Below, in pieces: positions 1-8,806 of a stretch of 20,819 nt of DNA. Location of the stretch: the NCBI GenBank assembly GCA_043738845.1, contig JAYUFG010000003.1:1-20819 (forward strand). Direction: 5' to 3'. This stretch comes from Planctomycetaceae bacterium. GTDB lineage: Bacteria; Planctomycetota; Planctomycetia; Pirellulales; DASRSE01. Position numbers and translations under genes: made by a program. A model generated the notes under the pieces. That model worked only from the letters and a program-made list of their open reading frames with translations, did no database searches and had not been told where the DNA came from. Every line of letters begins with the position of its first letter. Within the stretch, counting starts at the first letter, position 1.

Positions 1-786
1 GGTTTTTCGTTTCGGAAGATGAAAAAATCCACTGCTAGCAACACAGCTTGAGAAATTTAGGCCAAATAAACAGGGGTTTTGACGTGCGATTGCCCTGGAA
101 TTAACGGTTCCATTTTTGTTCCACCAAAAACGACCATTAAGTTCGTCATTGTGCCTGAATTTGCGGGAAAATCGGAATTTCGCGAGTGGCACAATTCCGG
201 GGTAAACGGATTTAACCTGCAAGTCCAACTTTTTAACAGCCCAGGCCCGTCGTAATTTCACATTACTCTCAAATTGTATTTTCATTGGGCAACTAACTAT
301 ATGCGGTGAATTCGTGCTTACCCAATCTTGAGCGTGTTGAGAAACTTTTATGACGAACAACACTTTGAGGAGTTATTGTCAATTGTTGTGGATGGGATTT
401 TTTCTAGGCGGCGGATTCTTCGGGTTGGGGAACTGATTTAATTCCATCGAGGAAGGGGATACCGGCGATCACCTCGGGCAACACTTCGTGGCCGTTCAGG
501 ACGCGCCATTTCTTCTCGGCCGACTGCATCAGTTTGAAGACCATCGTAAGGCACGCATCAACTGGCAATTCAAAACGGCCGACGCCCGAATCAAACTGAA
601 ACGACTCTACCCATCATGCGACGTGTGATGGAGTACTAGGTCGTCCGTTGCGACCCGTCAATAAGTACATGCGTATATTATATTTGTCAAGATGTGTTTT
701 GGGCACTCTCTGGCCAAGCGTGGCGTTTTGACTACAATGCGGCCTGCAATAATTCCTTGATCTATCCCTATTTCACACCCACTCCC

Positions 787-2073
787 ATGCGTCACACTCC
801 GATTGCGCCGCAACTTTTTATCGACAACCGTCAACGACTGAAGGCGTTGCTCCTTCCGAATTCGGTTGCGGTCATCAACGCCAACGACATTTTGCCGACA
901 AATGCCGATGGCAGTTTAATGATGCACGCCAACAGCGATCTGTTTTATTTGTCCGGTGTAGAGCAGGAAGAATCGATTTTAGTCCTGTCGCCTGACGCGC
1001 ATGACGAAAAACTGCGGGAGGTTTTGTTTCTGCGGGAAACGAGCGATTTGATCGCGATTTGGGAAGGACATAAACTGACCAAGGCCGAAGCGATGGAAGT
1101 GACGGGCATCAAAACGATCAAGTGGCTTACCGAATTTCCCGTCGTGTTTCGGCAACTGATGTGTGACGCGGAGAATGTTTATCTCAATAGTAATGAACAC
1201 AAGCGTGCCCAGGTCGAGGTCGAAACTCGCGATGCGCGGTTCGTGCGAGAGTGTCAACGCCGTTATCCTTTGCATACGTATCATCGGCTGGCCCGTCTGA
1301 TGCATAAGCTGCGGGTGGTCAAGAGTACGGCCGAACTCGACCTGCTTAAACAGGCGGTGAAAATCACCGACGACGGTTTTCGTCGGGTGGCAAAGTTTAC
1401 CAAGCCGGGTGTCAACGAACACGAGATCGAAGCTGAGTTCGCTCACGAGTTCATTCGTCAACGAGCGAAATTCGCCTACACCCCGATCATTGCCTCGGGA
1501 AAGAATGCGTGCGTGCTGCATTACGTCGTTAATGATCAGCCGTGCAAGAAGGGCGACCTGCTACTCCTAGATGTGGCTGCGTCGTATGCGAATTACAACG
1601 CCGACCTGACACGCACCATTCCCGTCAGTGGGCGTTTTACGCGACGACAAAAACAGGTCTACAACGCCGTGTTGCGCGTTATGCAGGCGAGTATTGCCGG
1701 AGCGGTCGTTGGAAAGCTGCATCGCGATTGGCAAAAGGAATCGCAACTGATGATGAACGAGGAACTGCTCAAGCTCGACCTGATTAAACCGGCGGATGTC
1801 AAAAAACAGACGGCGGATGAACTGGCCTGCCGCAAGTATTTCATGCACGGGTTGGGACATCCCTTGGGACTGGACGTGCATGACGTAGGCTACGCGACCG
1901 AGCCATTCGCGGCGGGTTGGGTTTTGACCGTCGAGCCGGGGATTTATATTCCGGACGAAGGTTTCGGAGTGCGTCTGGAAAACGACATCATCGTCACCGA
2001 CAAGGGGCCGATCGACCTGATGGAAAAAACACCGGTCGAAACCGACGAGATCGAAGACTTGATGAATGCGTAA
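787..2073 (+). CDS. pepP: Xaa-Pro aminopeptidase (M24B family). The ORF opens at 694, but the Met at 787 (MRHTPIAPQLF...) is the more plausible start.
   Basis: The translated ORF carries the M24B metal-binding signature HGLGHPLGLDVHD together with VEPGIY and ENDIIVT in the pita-bread catalytic domain. The creatinase-like N-terminal domain precedes it. Full length is 459 aa from 694 or 429 aa from 787. Confidence 0.85.
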   Translation: MRHTPIAPQLFIDNRQRLKALLLPNSVAVINANDILPTNADGSLMMHANSDLFYLSGVEQEESILVLSPDAHDEKLREVLFLRETSDLIAIWEGHKLTKAEAMEVTGIKTIKWLTEFPVVFRQLMCDAENVYLNSNEHKRAQVEVETRDARFVRECQRRYPLHTYHRLARLMHKLRVVKSTAELDLLKQAVKITDDGFRRVAKFTKPGVNEHEIEAEFAHEFIRQRAKFAYTPIIASGKNACVLHYVVNDQPCKKGDLLLLDVAASYANYNADLTRTIPVSGRFTRRQKQVYNAVLRVMQASIAGAVVGKLHRDWQKESQLMMNEELLKLDLIKPADVKKQTADELACRKYFMHGLGHPLGLDVHDVGYATEPFAAGWVLTVEPGIYIPDEGFGVRLENDIIVTDKGPIDLMEKTPVETDEIEDLMNA

Positions 2074-2196
2074 ATGGGATAGCACGTCACCAATATCCTG
2101 CCGCGACCGTTGGTCACGAAGCGTTACACAACCTTATTGATTGCGCCGACCGTTCGTCAGCGTTCAACCCTCTTCTCATTTTTCGAGAGCCTACCC

Positions 2197-5100
2197 ATGT
2201 CACAGTCGGGATGGAAACGTCTGGTTGGTGATAATCGCTGGTTTCGTGGAGCGGGCAAGTATCCGATCACCGCCTATTCCGAGTTTATGCCGCCGCCACG
2301 ACTGGGAGCGAAACCCTACGGTGTCCCCGACCAGGTCCTCTTTGATGAAGCTGATCTTTTCGGTTGGCACATCACGGAGTACGAGGAAAGTTACGAATTA
2401 CAACCCGGCTTGCGGGACTTGGCGAAACACCTGATTGGTTCGCTGCAAAAAATGGGTCGGGGAGAATCGGCCCACGGAATTCCGCACGTCTTTCTCAGGG
2501 ACAATCCTTATTGGCCTGCGGAAGTTTCAACCAATCGTGCAGGAAAAGAAACGACCAAAGAAAAGAACTCAGGAAAAGCGAACGAACCGAAAAAAGGACC
2601 GGGGGGACACGTCCCTCACGCACCGGCCCATGAGCGATACGTGACGTTGTTGCCGTTGGCCTTGTCGCGAACGCAGGACGACAAGGGTCGCGTTCGCTGG
2701 ACGTTGTTCGGCGGCAGCGAACAAGGACCATCTCGAGCGTTTTGGCGCAGCTTTTATTCGTCGCCAACGGAAGAACGTCCGCAAGAATGGGCGTTGAATT
2801 TTTTCCGACGCTTGTTGTCGGCTGCGTATGGACTCAAGTTGGAAGAGGTCCAGAATCTACATCAAGCAGGCTTTCGCATTTTGGCCGAAGATCAAGACCC
2901 CGCCATTCCCCATTGGCACACCGACCCTTTGCCCTCCTGGACGACCGACTTCCGGTGGGAGAAGGGAAATTCGTTGGGCAAGGTGAAGTATCTACTCACC
3001 TTTCAACCCTACGCTAAATTGCCAAAGCCGGTGCGCGAGGCGTATCAAAAGGGTGCGCTGCATCTCCTTCCCTTTCCGGGCAGTCTTCTGTTTTTTGGTG
3101 CGGTGCCGCATCTGGGCTTGAATGCCGAGTTGCCCTTCGCCCTGCAAATTCCGCTGCTCCATTTGATCGAACGACATGAAGCACCCGGCGGTTTGCGAGT
3201 GCCGCAATCGGGTTGGATGCACGAGCCGAATCCCGATCATCCGACGCCTCACCATGAACATGGTGCGATTCGCAATGGTTTCACCCGCACGAATCGTTGG
3301 GCACGTGTCCACCGGCACGACGACGAAGTCAAACTGACCGCCCAAGAGGACAAGGTCGCGCACGTTCTGTTCAGCACCGCCGCCGACCATTTGGGACTGT
3401 ATGGCAAACCAATGGCCCGCAATGCGCAAATCTGGACGACCGACTATCAACTCTTGCTCGACGGACCACGGGCCACTCGAAAAGATTTGCAACTGGCGGC
3501 GGAACAGATCGCCGCCGGTGGACAATTTGGTTATCGGTTTGTCTATCCGGCGATGCGGGTCATGCGTCAGGAAATTTATTGGCAGCGACCGCTCGTCGCG
3601 TATCTTGCGCCTGACACAAATTTACCGACGGTTCTGCCCGACGCCCCGCTGGGTTATCTCACGGCGTACCCGGTTGATAAGCCCCGGCTGGAAACTCCGC
3701 TTGAGTTGTGGCCTCGATTGTTGTCGCGTGGAACGCATCGCACGAATGTTGCCGTTTTCGATTATGAACACGATGCGCGTTATCATCGCACGGCGATCAA
3801 TGTTCGCAAATTGCTCGATACGTGGCAGACGTTTGAGAACCAACCCTTGGAAGCGAGTTTCGCGCGGCAATTGTTGACGCTGCCGAAGCACGAATCGCTC
3901 GAGGATTGGCTCGCGTCTCTGGCCACCCGCTCGACCAATGATACCGCCGCGCATCTTTTGTCCGATACTCTTCGCAATTGTCTTGCCCCTCCGGTCGCGA
4001 CGACCGAGACCAAAATTCTCACTTCGCTGACCTATCGCCACACCTCGCAACGATCGTTTGAAACGAGATATTGGGACATGATCGCCGCCTTGGCGACGGG
4101 CGAATGGGTCAATAAGGACAACGCCGATTGTGTCCTCGATCCTGCGACGAAGGCCAAACTCCCGCACGACCATCGCGACCTGGAAGCGTTGGGCGATTTT
4201 ATTCTGGCCTATTACGAAAAAATCGTCGTCCAGGAGAAAATGCGTGGTAAGGCCCTCGTCGGCGAATTACCCTTTCAGTGGAAAACCGATTTTGATTATC
4301 ACTGGCAAGGTGGTTGGGCCAACAATCAGCAACAGACGACCCATGAGCGCGACCTCGTCGTTGTCATTCCTGGCAAGGATCGCAGCCGCGCTGTGATTAT
4401 GGCCGATCATTATGACACCGCGTATATGGAGGACGTTTATGGTTATGGTCACGGCGGCGGGGGTGCGCGGTTGTCCGCTGCCGGTGCGGACGACAATCAT
4501 TCCGCCACGGCCGCGATGATGCTCGCCGCGCCGATCTTTATGGAGTTAAGCCGGGCGGGAAAATTGGCCTGCGATATTTGGCTTGTCCATCTGACGGGCG
4601 AAGAATTTCCGGCCGACTGTCTGGGTGCCAGACATCTGTGCGAACGGCTTGTCGAAGGGAACCTTAAACTTGAATTGCGGAGCGGTCGTCAACACGACCT
4701 GTCGAAAGTTCGCGTGCAAGGGGTCTATGTCAGTGATATGATCGCACACAATAACGATCATGACCGCGACCTGTTTCAGATTTGTCCCGGTGCCAGTCGA
4801 GAGTCACTGTGGCTGGCTTATCAGGCCCATGTTGCCAACCGAACGTGGAACCAACTTGCGCCCGCCTGGAACCGTCGCGCAGGCCGCAAAGACAAAACTC
4901 GTGGCCAACGTTGCACCGACGGTCACACGATTCCGAACGTCGCGAAGCATTTGGAACTGAGTGGAGAAGTTCGCCCGCACTACGATCCCAAGAGCGTTCT
5001 CTACAACACCGATGGACAGATTTTTTCGGATGCGGGTGTGCCCGTCGTTCTCTTCATGGAGAACTACGACATCAATCGCAAGGGCTATCACGACACGCAC

Positions 5101-5199
5101 GACACGCTGGAAAACATCGATCTGGATTATGGTGCCGCTCTCGCTGCAATTGTGATTGAATCGGTTGCCCGCGCGGCAACGGAAACACCACCGCAGTAA
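2197..5199 (+). CDS. Large two-part protein: roughly 700 aa of unrecognised N-terminal sequence followed by a C-terminal M28 family Zn-aminopeptidase domain. The ORF opens at 2110; the Met at 2197 (MSQSGWKR) is the likely start.
   Basis: The C-terminal ~300 aa contain the full M28 ligand set in the canonical order: HYD (ADHYDTAY), GADDNHSATA (GxDDNxSG-like), HLTGEEF (EE pair), SDMIAHNND, and YHDTHDTLENID. The upstream ~700 aa show no motif I can assign. All ORFs on the opposite strand are short and fragmented. Confidence 0.7.
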   Translation: MSQSGWKRLVGDNRWFRGAGKYPITAYSEFMPPPRLGAKPYGVPDQVLFDEADLFGWHITEYEESYELQPGLRDLAKHLIGSLQKMGRGESAHGIPHVFLRDNPYWPAEVSTNRAGKETTKEKNSGKANEPKKGPGGHVPHAPAHERYVTLLPLALSRTQDDKGRVRWTLFGGSEQGPSRAFWRSFYSSPTEERPQEWALNFFRRLLSAAYGLKLEEVQNLHQAGFRILAEDQDPAIPHWHTDPLPSWTTDFRWEKGNSLGKVKYLLTFQPYAKLPKPVREAYQKGALHLLPFPGSLLFFGAVPHLGLNAELPFALQIPLLHLIERHEAPGGLRVPQSGWMHEPNPDHPTPHHEHGAIRNGFTRTNRWARVHRHDDEVKLTAQEDKVAHVLFSTAADHLGLYGKPMARNAQIWTTDYQLLLDGPRATRKDLQLAAEQIAAGGQFGYRFVYPAMRVMRQEIYWQRPLVAYLAPDTNLPTVLPDAPLGYLTAYPVDKPRLETPLELWPRLLSRGTHRTNVAVFDYEHDARYHRTAINVRKLLDTWQTFENQPLEASFARQLLTLPKHESLEDWLASLATRSTNDTAAHLLSDTLRNCLAPPVATTETKILTSLTYRHTSQRSFETRYWDMIAALATGEWVNKDNADCVLDPATKAKLPHDHRDLEALGDFILAYYEKIVVQEKMRGKALVGELPFQWKTDFDYHWQGGWANNQQQTTHERDLVVVIPGKDRSRAVIMADHYDTAYMEDVYGYGHGGGGARLSAAGADDNHSATAAMMLAAPIFMELSRAGKLACDIWLVHLTGEEFPADCLGARHLCERLVEGNLKLELRSGRQHDLSKVRVQGVYVSDMIAHNNDHDRDLFQICPGASRESLWLAYQAHVANRTWNQLAPAWNRRAGRKDKTRGQRCTDGHTIPNVAKHLELSGEVRPHYDPKSVLYNTDGQIFSDAGVPVVLFMENYDINRKGYHDTHDTLENIDLDYGAALAAIVIESVARAATETPPQ

Positions 5200-5418
5200 A
5201 ATCGGGTCCACCGCGAGCGATACACCCCAGCGGCGAGCGGGGCGTCAGACTCCATGTTTCCCACTGCGCTCTCGGTAAACTGCGTTTGTCCTCTTTAGTC
5301 CTTCCGACTTCGAAAAACGTTGGGCATTTACATTCGCAACTGAATGGGATGCCAAATATCTGCCACGAGAAAGATCGGGGAACCAAAACAACCTCTTTTT
5401 CAAAATGGCGAAGTCGTT

Positions 5419-6753
5419 CTAGATTTTTCCGGAACCAACGTCGTGTTCGACCTCTTGCAGGTCTTCCAGAGCCGGTTCGTGGCTCGGCAGAACGCTCGCA
5501 TCGAGTTGGCGATAGCGGCGTAATTCGGGCAGCAGTCGCGCGGCAACCGCCACGACGAAGATCGAGCAAAAACCACCACTGACGGCCGCAATCACAGGCG
5601 AGAACAACCAGGCGACCGCACCCGACTCGAAACTTCCTAGTTCGTTGGAGATCGTGATAAACATCCCATTGACGGCGGAGACTCGGCCCCGCATTTCGTT
5701 CGGCGTCAGCAATTGAACGAGCGTATGCCGCACGACGACACTGATGTTATCGAACGCACCGGCGAGAAATAACATCGCCAATGACAACGGAAAATAGGTC
5801 GAAAGGCCAAACACAATCGTCACGCCGCCGAATGCCGCAACGGCCCCCAGCAAGTTTCGGCCCGCGTGCTGCATCGGTGGGCGGCGAGAAAGTATGATCG
5901 ACATCACGAACGATCCAATCGCTGGAGCAGCCATCAGCCAGCCCAAGCCCGGCTTACCTACGAAGAGTACATCTTTCGCGTAATATGGCAACAACGAAAC
6001 CGCACCGCCAAACAAATAGGCGAACATGTCAAGACTCATCATCCCCAGGATCAGTCGATTCTCCCGCACGAATCGCACACCCGCCAGGAGACTTTCCCGC
6101 GTCATCGGCGTGTCGCTGGGTGCTTGCGTGTAATTGACTTGTGTCAGCAGTCCGAAATAGAGCGTGGCCACGGCGATATTGAAGTAAAAAATCAGCGTTG
6201 TTCCGCCGAGCCAAGCGATGAGCAAACCGGCTAAGGCTGGTCCCAACGACGACGCGAGATGAAACGCTCCCGCATTCCAAGTGATGGCGTTGGCAAAACG
6301 ATCACGGGGAACAAGTTGCGGCATGAGCGACGATTTGGCCGGTTGACCGAACGCACGGGCGATGGCCGTTACAAACAGGCACGAATAGATTCCGACCAAG
6401 GCCCAGGCGTCGTTTTGTATTTGGGTCGCAATCGAAAGGCCGAGTGCAGCGGTCGCGACGATGGTCAGCATGGCCATGATCACATGCTTGCGATTGACAC
6501 GATCTGCGACTTGTCCCGCCACAAGTGCCAGGAGGACGACCGGAATGACCTGAACCAGCCCGACCAAACTGACATGCAGCGTCGAACCGGTCCGATCATA
6601 GATCGTGGCCATAACGGCCGTGGTCTGCATCTGCATTCCGAACAGCGAGCAAAAATTTCCGGTCAGATACAGGCGAAAATCGCGAATTCGCATCGCCGCA
6701 TAAGGATCATGTTGTTCCGGCGGGAGATCGGCATTGGAACGGTCGTCGCTCAT
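5419..6753 (-). CDS. Major facilitator superfamily transporter (EntS/DHA-like)
   Basis: The 444-aa ORF has about 12 predicted hydrophobic helices. It has an MFS-like N-terminus (MRIRDFRLYLTGNF...) and a conserved loop GQVADRVNRK between TM2 and TM3. An alternative start is the internal Met at MRIRDF. Confidence 0.8.
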   Translation of the reverse strand: MSDDRSNADLPPEQHDPYAAMRIRDFRLYLTGNFCSLFGMQMQTTAVMATIYDRTGSTLHVSLVGLVQVIPVVLLALVAGQVADRVNRKHVIMAMLTIVATAALGLSIATQIQNDAWALVGIYSCLFVTAIARAFGQPAKSSLMPQLVPRDRFANAITWNAGAFHLASSLGPALAGLLIAWLGGTTLIFYFNIAVATLYFGLLTQVNYTQAPSDTPMTRESLLAGVRFVRENRLILGMMSLDMFAYLFGGAVSLLPYYAKDVLFVGKPGLGWLMAAPAIGSFVMSIILSRRPPMQHAGRNLLGAVAAFGGVTIVFGLSTYFPLSLAMLFLAGAFDNISVVVRHTLVQLLTPNEMRGRVSAVNGMFITISNELGSFESGAVAWLFSPVIAAVSGGFCSIFVVAVAARLLPELRRYRQLDASVLPSHEPALEDLQEVEHDVGSGKI

Positions 6754-6797
6754 GTCGGTATCGTAAAGCAGAAACCGGCTTTCATCCAGGGCCAGCG

Positions 6798-6842
6798 AAA
6801 AACAAAAAACCTCTCGACCGAGCCGACTGCCCGATCGAGAGG
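6798..6842 (-). terminator. Rho-independent terminator downstream of the minus-strand SPFH gene
   Basis: A perfect 8-bp stem (CCTCTCGA at 6810-6817 pairs with TCGAGAGG at 6835-6842) encloses a 17-nt loop. On the plus strand the stem is preceded by AAAAACAAAAAA (6798-6809). On the minus strand this reads as a stem followed by a U-rich tract UUUUUUGUUUUU. Confidence 0.5.
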
Positions 6843-6888
6843 TTTAATACAGCGATGACGGCGAAAGTTTCGCCCCATCGCAAATTGG

Positions 6889-7989
6889 TTACAACAGATT
6901 GACCACGCGGTCGGTGAGACCCTTGTCGCCCAACATGATGTTGAGCTTCGAGTTGGCTGCGATCTTTTCCAAAACTTCCAACTCCCGCAAACGCATGAGC
7001 GTTGGGTTGTCCTGGAGCAGCTTGGCCGTGTTGGCTTGGCTGCGGATGGCGGCCGTTTCCTCACGTCGAAAAATCAAGTTGGCCTCGGCCGCCTTCTTGG
7101 CCTCGGTCACCTTGTTCAACAGGTCCTTCATCTCGCCCGGCAAGATCACGTCGCGAATTCCCATCGCGAGCAGTTCCAGGCCGAGAGCTTTCGCTCGCGG
7201 TCGAACTGCTTCGGTCAGTTCGTTCGCAACGGCATCCTTGTCGCTCAAGAATGAATCAAGTTCGCGCGATCCGACGATGGCCCGCAACGCCAATTGGGCA
7301 TCGCGGTACAACGCCTGACGAACATTCTCGACCGTGCTGACCGCCTGTCGCGCGTCGATCACGCGAAACGTGACAACGGCATTCATGCGGAGCGTGACCT
7401 TGTCGAGGGTCATAATGTCCTGACCCACAACATCGAAGTTCGCCTCGCGCAGGTCTTCCTGAACGAACTTGACTTGCGCCACGTTCTTCCAGAAAGCGTA
7501 TCGTCCTGGCGGCAGCGTTTCGATAAACCGGCCGTCGATGAACAACACTCCTTCGTGATGCGGTTCGACCGTCGCAATTTCCAACACTTGGTCGGCCATT
7601 TGCGAACGAGCGATCACGGTCAGTTCCTGATGCACGAAACGAGCGGCTCGCGCGTCCACGATCTCCACCCGCACCTTGCGGTGCGTGTTCCAGTACGCAA
7701 AGCGTCCCGGCGGCAAGATGTGGCTGAACCGACCTTCGATCCAGACGAGTGCCCGCTCGTGGTCCTTCAGGTCGATGACCTCGGCACGACCCTGCAACCT
7801 GCCCGACTTGATCATCACGTCAAGCTGTTCGTGAACGAGCCACGGGTTACGTTGTGAGACAATCTCGACCTGCACCTTTCCGAACGGGTCGAAGAACCGG
7901 TGCTTACCCGGCTCGAGCAATCCGACGAACTCGCGTTCGCGGAAGTACAGGCCGATTTCGTAGCTGCGGATTTGAATGCGCTGGAACAT
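6889..7989 (-). CDS. SPFH/band-7 (slipin-like) protein. The N-terminal SPFH beta-segment is triplicated in tandem.
   Basis: The C-terminal part matches a band-7/stomatin-like domain plus coiled-coil tail (RVIDARQAVSTVENV, ELLAMGIRDVILPGEMK, EAKKAAEANLIFRREETAA). The N-terminal ~190 aa consist of three ~60-65 aa repeats of consensus h-F/W-I-D/E-GRF-x-x-LPPGR-Y/F-A-F/Y-W. Each resembles the first strands of an SPFH domain. Confidence 0.8.
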   Translation of the reverse strand: MFQRIQIRSYEIGLYFREREFVGLLEPGKHRFFDPFGKVQVEIVSQRNPWLVHEQLDVMIKSGRLQGRAEVIDLKDHERALVWIEGRFSHILPPGRFAYWNTHRKVRVEIVDARAARFVHQELTVIARSQMADQVLEIATVEPHHEGVLFIDGRFIETLPPGRYAFWKNVAQVKFVQEDLREANFDVVGQDIMTLDKVTLRMNAVVTFRVIDARQAVSTVENVRQALYRDAQLALRAIVGSRELDSFLSDKDAVANELTEAVRPRAKALGLELLAMGIRDVILPGEMKDLLNKVTEAKKAAEANLIFRREETAAIRSQANTAKLLQDNPTLMRLRELEVLEKIAANSKLNIMLGDKGLTDRVVNLL

Positions 7990-8011
7990 GGAAGGAAACG
8001 GGGGAAATGAG

Positions 8012-8043
8012 GAACGATGAATGATGAATGATGAATGATGAAT
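8012..8043. repeat. Tandem heptamer repeat (GAATGAT), about 4.5 copies
   Basis: Read directly from the sequence: gaacgat gaatgat gaatgat gaatgat gaat. It lies 23 bp upstream of the ATG of the minus-strand SPFH gene, inside an AT-rich intergenic stretch. Confidence 0.8.
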
Positions 8044-8115
8044 TTAATACAAAAAGTCAGAATGCAAAACGCAAAACTAATGCGAAGACAAATCGACATG
8101 CCGTATTTACCAAGC

Positions 8116-8131
8116 CGACGACTTGTCGTCG
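8116..8131. promoter_or_regulatory. Perfect 6-bp inverted repeat CGACGA-cttg-TCGTCG in the SPFH upstream region. It is a possible operator.
   Basis: The palindrome is seen in the sequence at 8116..8131. It sits in the AT-rich region upstream of the minus-strand SPFH gene. Its function is inferred only. Confidence 0.25.
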
Positions 8132-8532
8132 ATAGTGTTTGCGATGCGTCGCTTGTTCTCTGTTGAATGTTGATTGTTCAATGCTCACTGTTTAAAAAGG
8201 CCGTTGGAGTTGGGTTGCAACGCTCAGTCCCCTGTTGCTCGGCGGAGTTTTGTGTTCACGACTGCGGCGAAAAAGCTTCTTCCAGCGGTCGTTGACGTGT
8301 TGTGAAAAACCAAGGCTCCTCACAGACACGTCCCTTTCGCCGGGGTTCACTTTCTGTTCACAATCGCGGAATAACGCACTGCATAGCCTGCGAACATGTT
8401 GCGTCGCGAGATTTTGTTCGGTGGCGACTTTCGCCGCCCCGCGCATCGTCTTCGCAAACGCCGACTTTACGACAACCCAGCTCCTTCGGCGACAGGTTGG
8501 ACGCTTTCGCGCGCGGAGGGTTTCCAAGACCC

Positions 8533-8609
8533 TTTGCGGTACAGGATTCGAACCTGTGACAGCCAGATTAGTAGTCTGGTGCTCTATCCGTTGAGCTAAC
8601 CACTCGCAA
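8533..8609 (-). tRNA. tRNA-like gene (Arg-type D-arm, anticodon ACU) with an interrupted acceptor stem. It may be a pseudogene or an atypical tRNA.
   Basis: The minus-strand sequence has a canonical D-arm (UAGCUCAACGGAUAGAGC, A20 present) and T-arm (ACAGG-UUCGAAU-CCUGU). The anticodon stem-loop is CCAGA-CUACUAA-UCUGG, giving anticodon ACU (plus-strand 8570..8572). The variable loop is 5 nt. The 3' acceptor strand is ACCGCAA followed by A73, with no encoded CCA. The 5' strand reads UUGCG-AGUG-GU, that is, the exact complement UUGCGGU interrupted by 4 nt. Depending on register, either the two terminal or the two basal acceptor pairs are mismatched. Confidence 0.5.
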
Positions 8610-8774
8610 TTCGCCGCCAGTTTTGAACCCGTACACGGAACACCGCAAGCCAATCGTATTCACGAGGTCACAGTGCCGCCGGCCGACGACGAACAGCATT
8701 GGTTAGAGAGGACAATGGTGAGGCGAAGAAGTTCGCTGTGACCGGTGGGGAATCTCGGCTCAGATGTAAAACAG

Positions 8775-8806
8775 GTGACGCGTCACATTGGTCCGCACAG
8801 CGGACC
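8775..8806. promoter_or_regulatory. Two adjacent palindromes about 230 bp upstream of the 9031 gene: GTGACGCGTCAC and GGTCCGC-aca-GCGGACC
   Basis: A perfect 12-bp palindrome lies at 8775..8786 and a 7-bp-stem hairpin at 8790..8806. Both are seen directly in the sequence. Their function is unknown. Confidence 0.2.

Noticed and set aside
979-2085. Minus-strand ORFs of 180 aa and 172 aa inside the pepP gene
   Set aside because: They are antisense to a strongly supported M24B peptidase ORF. The translated sequences are Arg/His-rich and of low complexity, with no motifs. This is typical shadow-ORF behaviour in GC-rich DNA.
2992-5211. Multiple minus-strand and alternative-frame ORFs (177, 183, 135 and 125 aa, among others) overlapping the 1029-aa gene
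   Set aside because: All are embedded in the long uninterrupted plus-strand ORF that carries a complete M28 motif set. None has recognisable domains.
5200-5418. Possible terminator hairpin (cccc-agcggcgagc-gggg) in the convergent gap between the M28-domain gene and the MFS gene
   Set aside because: The stem is only 4 bp of G/C, with no clear U-tract on either strand. That is too weak to call.
8008-8043. Possible CRISPR array or IS terminal repeat at the GAATGAT tandem repeat
   Set aside because: The units are 7 bp with no spacers, and there is no cas or transposase gene nearby. It is a simple microsatellite.
8533-8609. tRNA as an integration site of a genomic island (attL/attR)
   Set aside because: No integrase, no direct repeat of the tRNA 3' end, and no compositionally distinct block was seen on either side within the window. 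The acceptor-stem anomaly is better described as an internal 4-nt insertion than as a replaced 3' end.
8192-8653. A 153-aa minus-strand ORF and several 60-120 aa plus-strand ORFs in the 8.1-8.7 kb intergenic region
   Set aside because: The 153-aa ORF reads straight through the tRNA-like element (its GSNPVP stretch is the translated T-arm). The others have Arg/Cys-rich compositions typical of noncoding GC-rich sequence.
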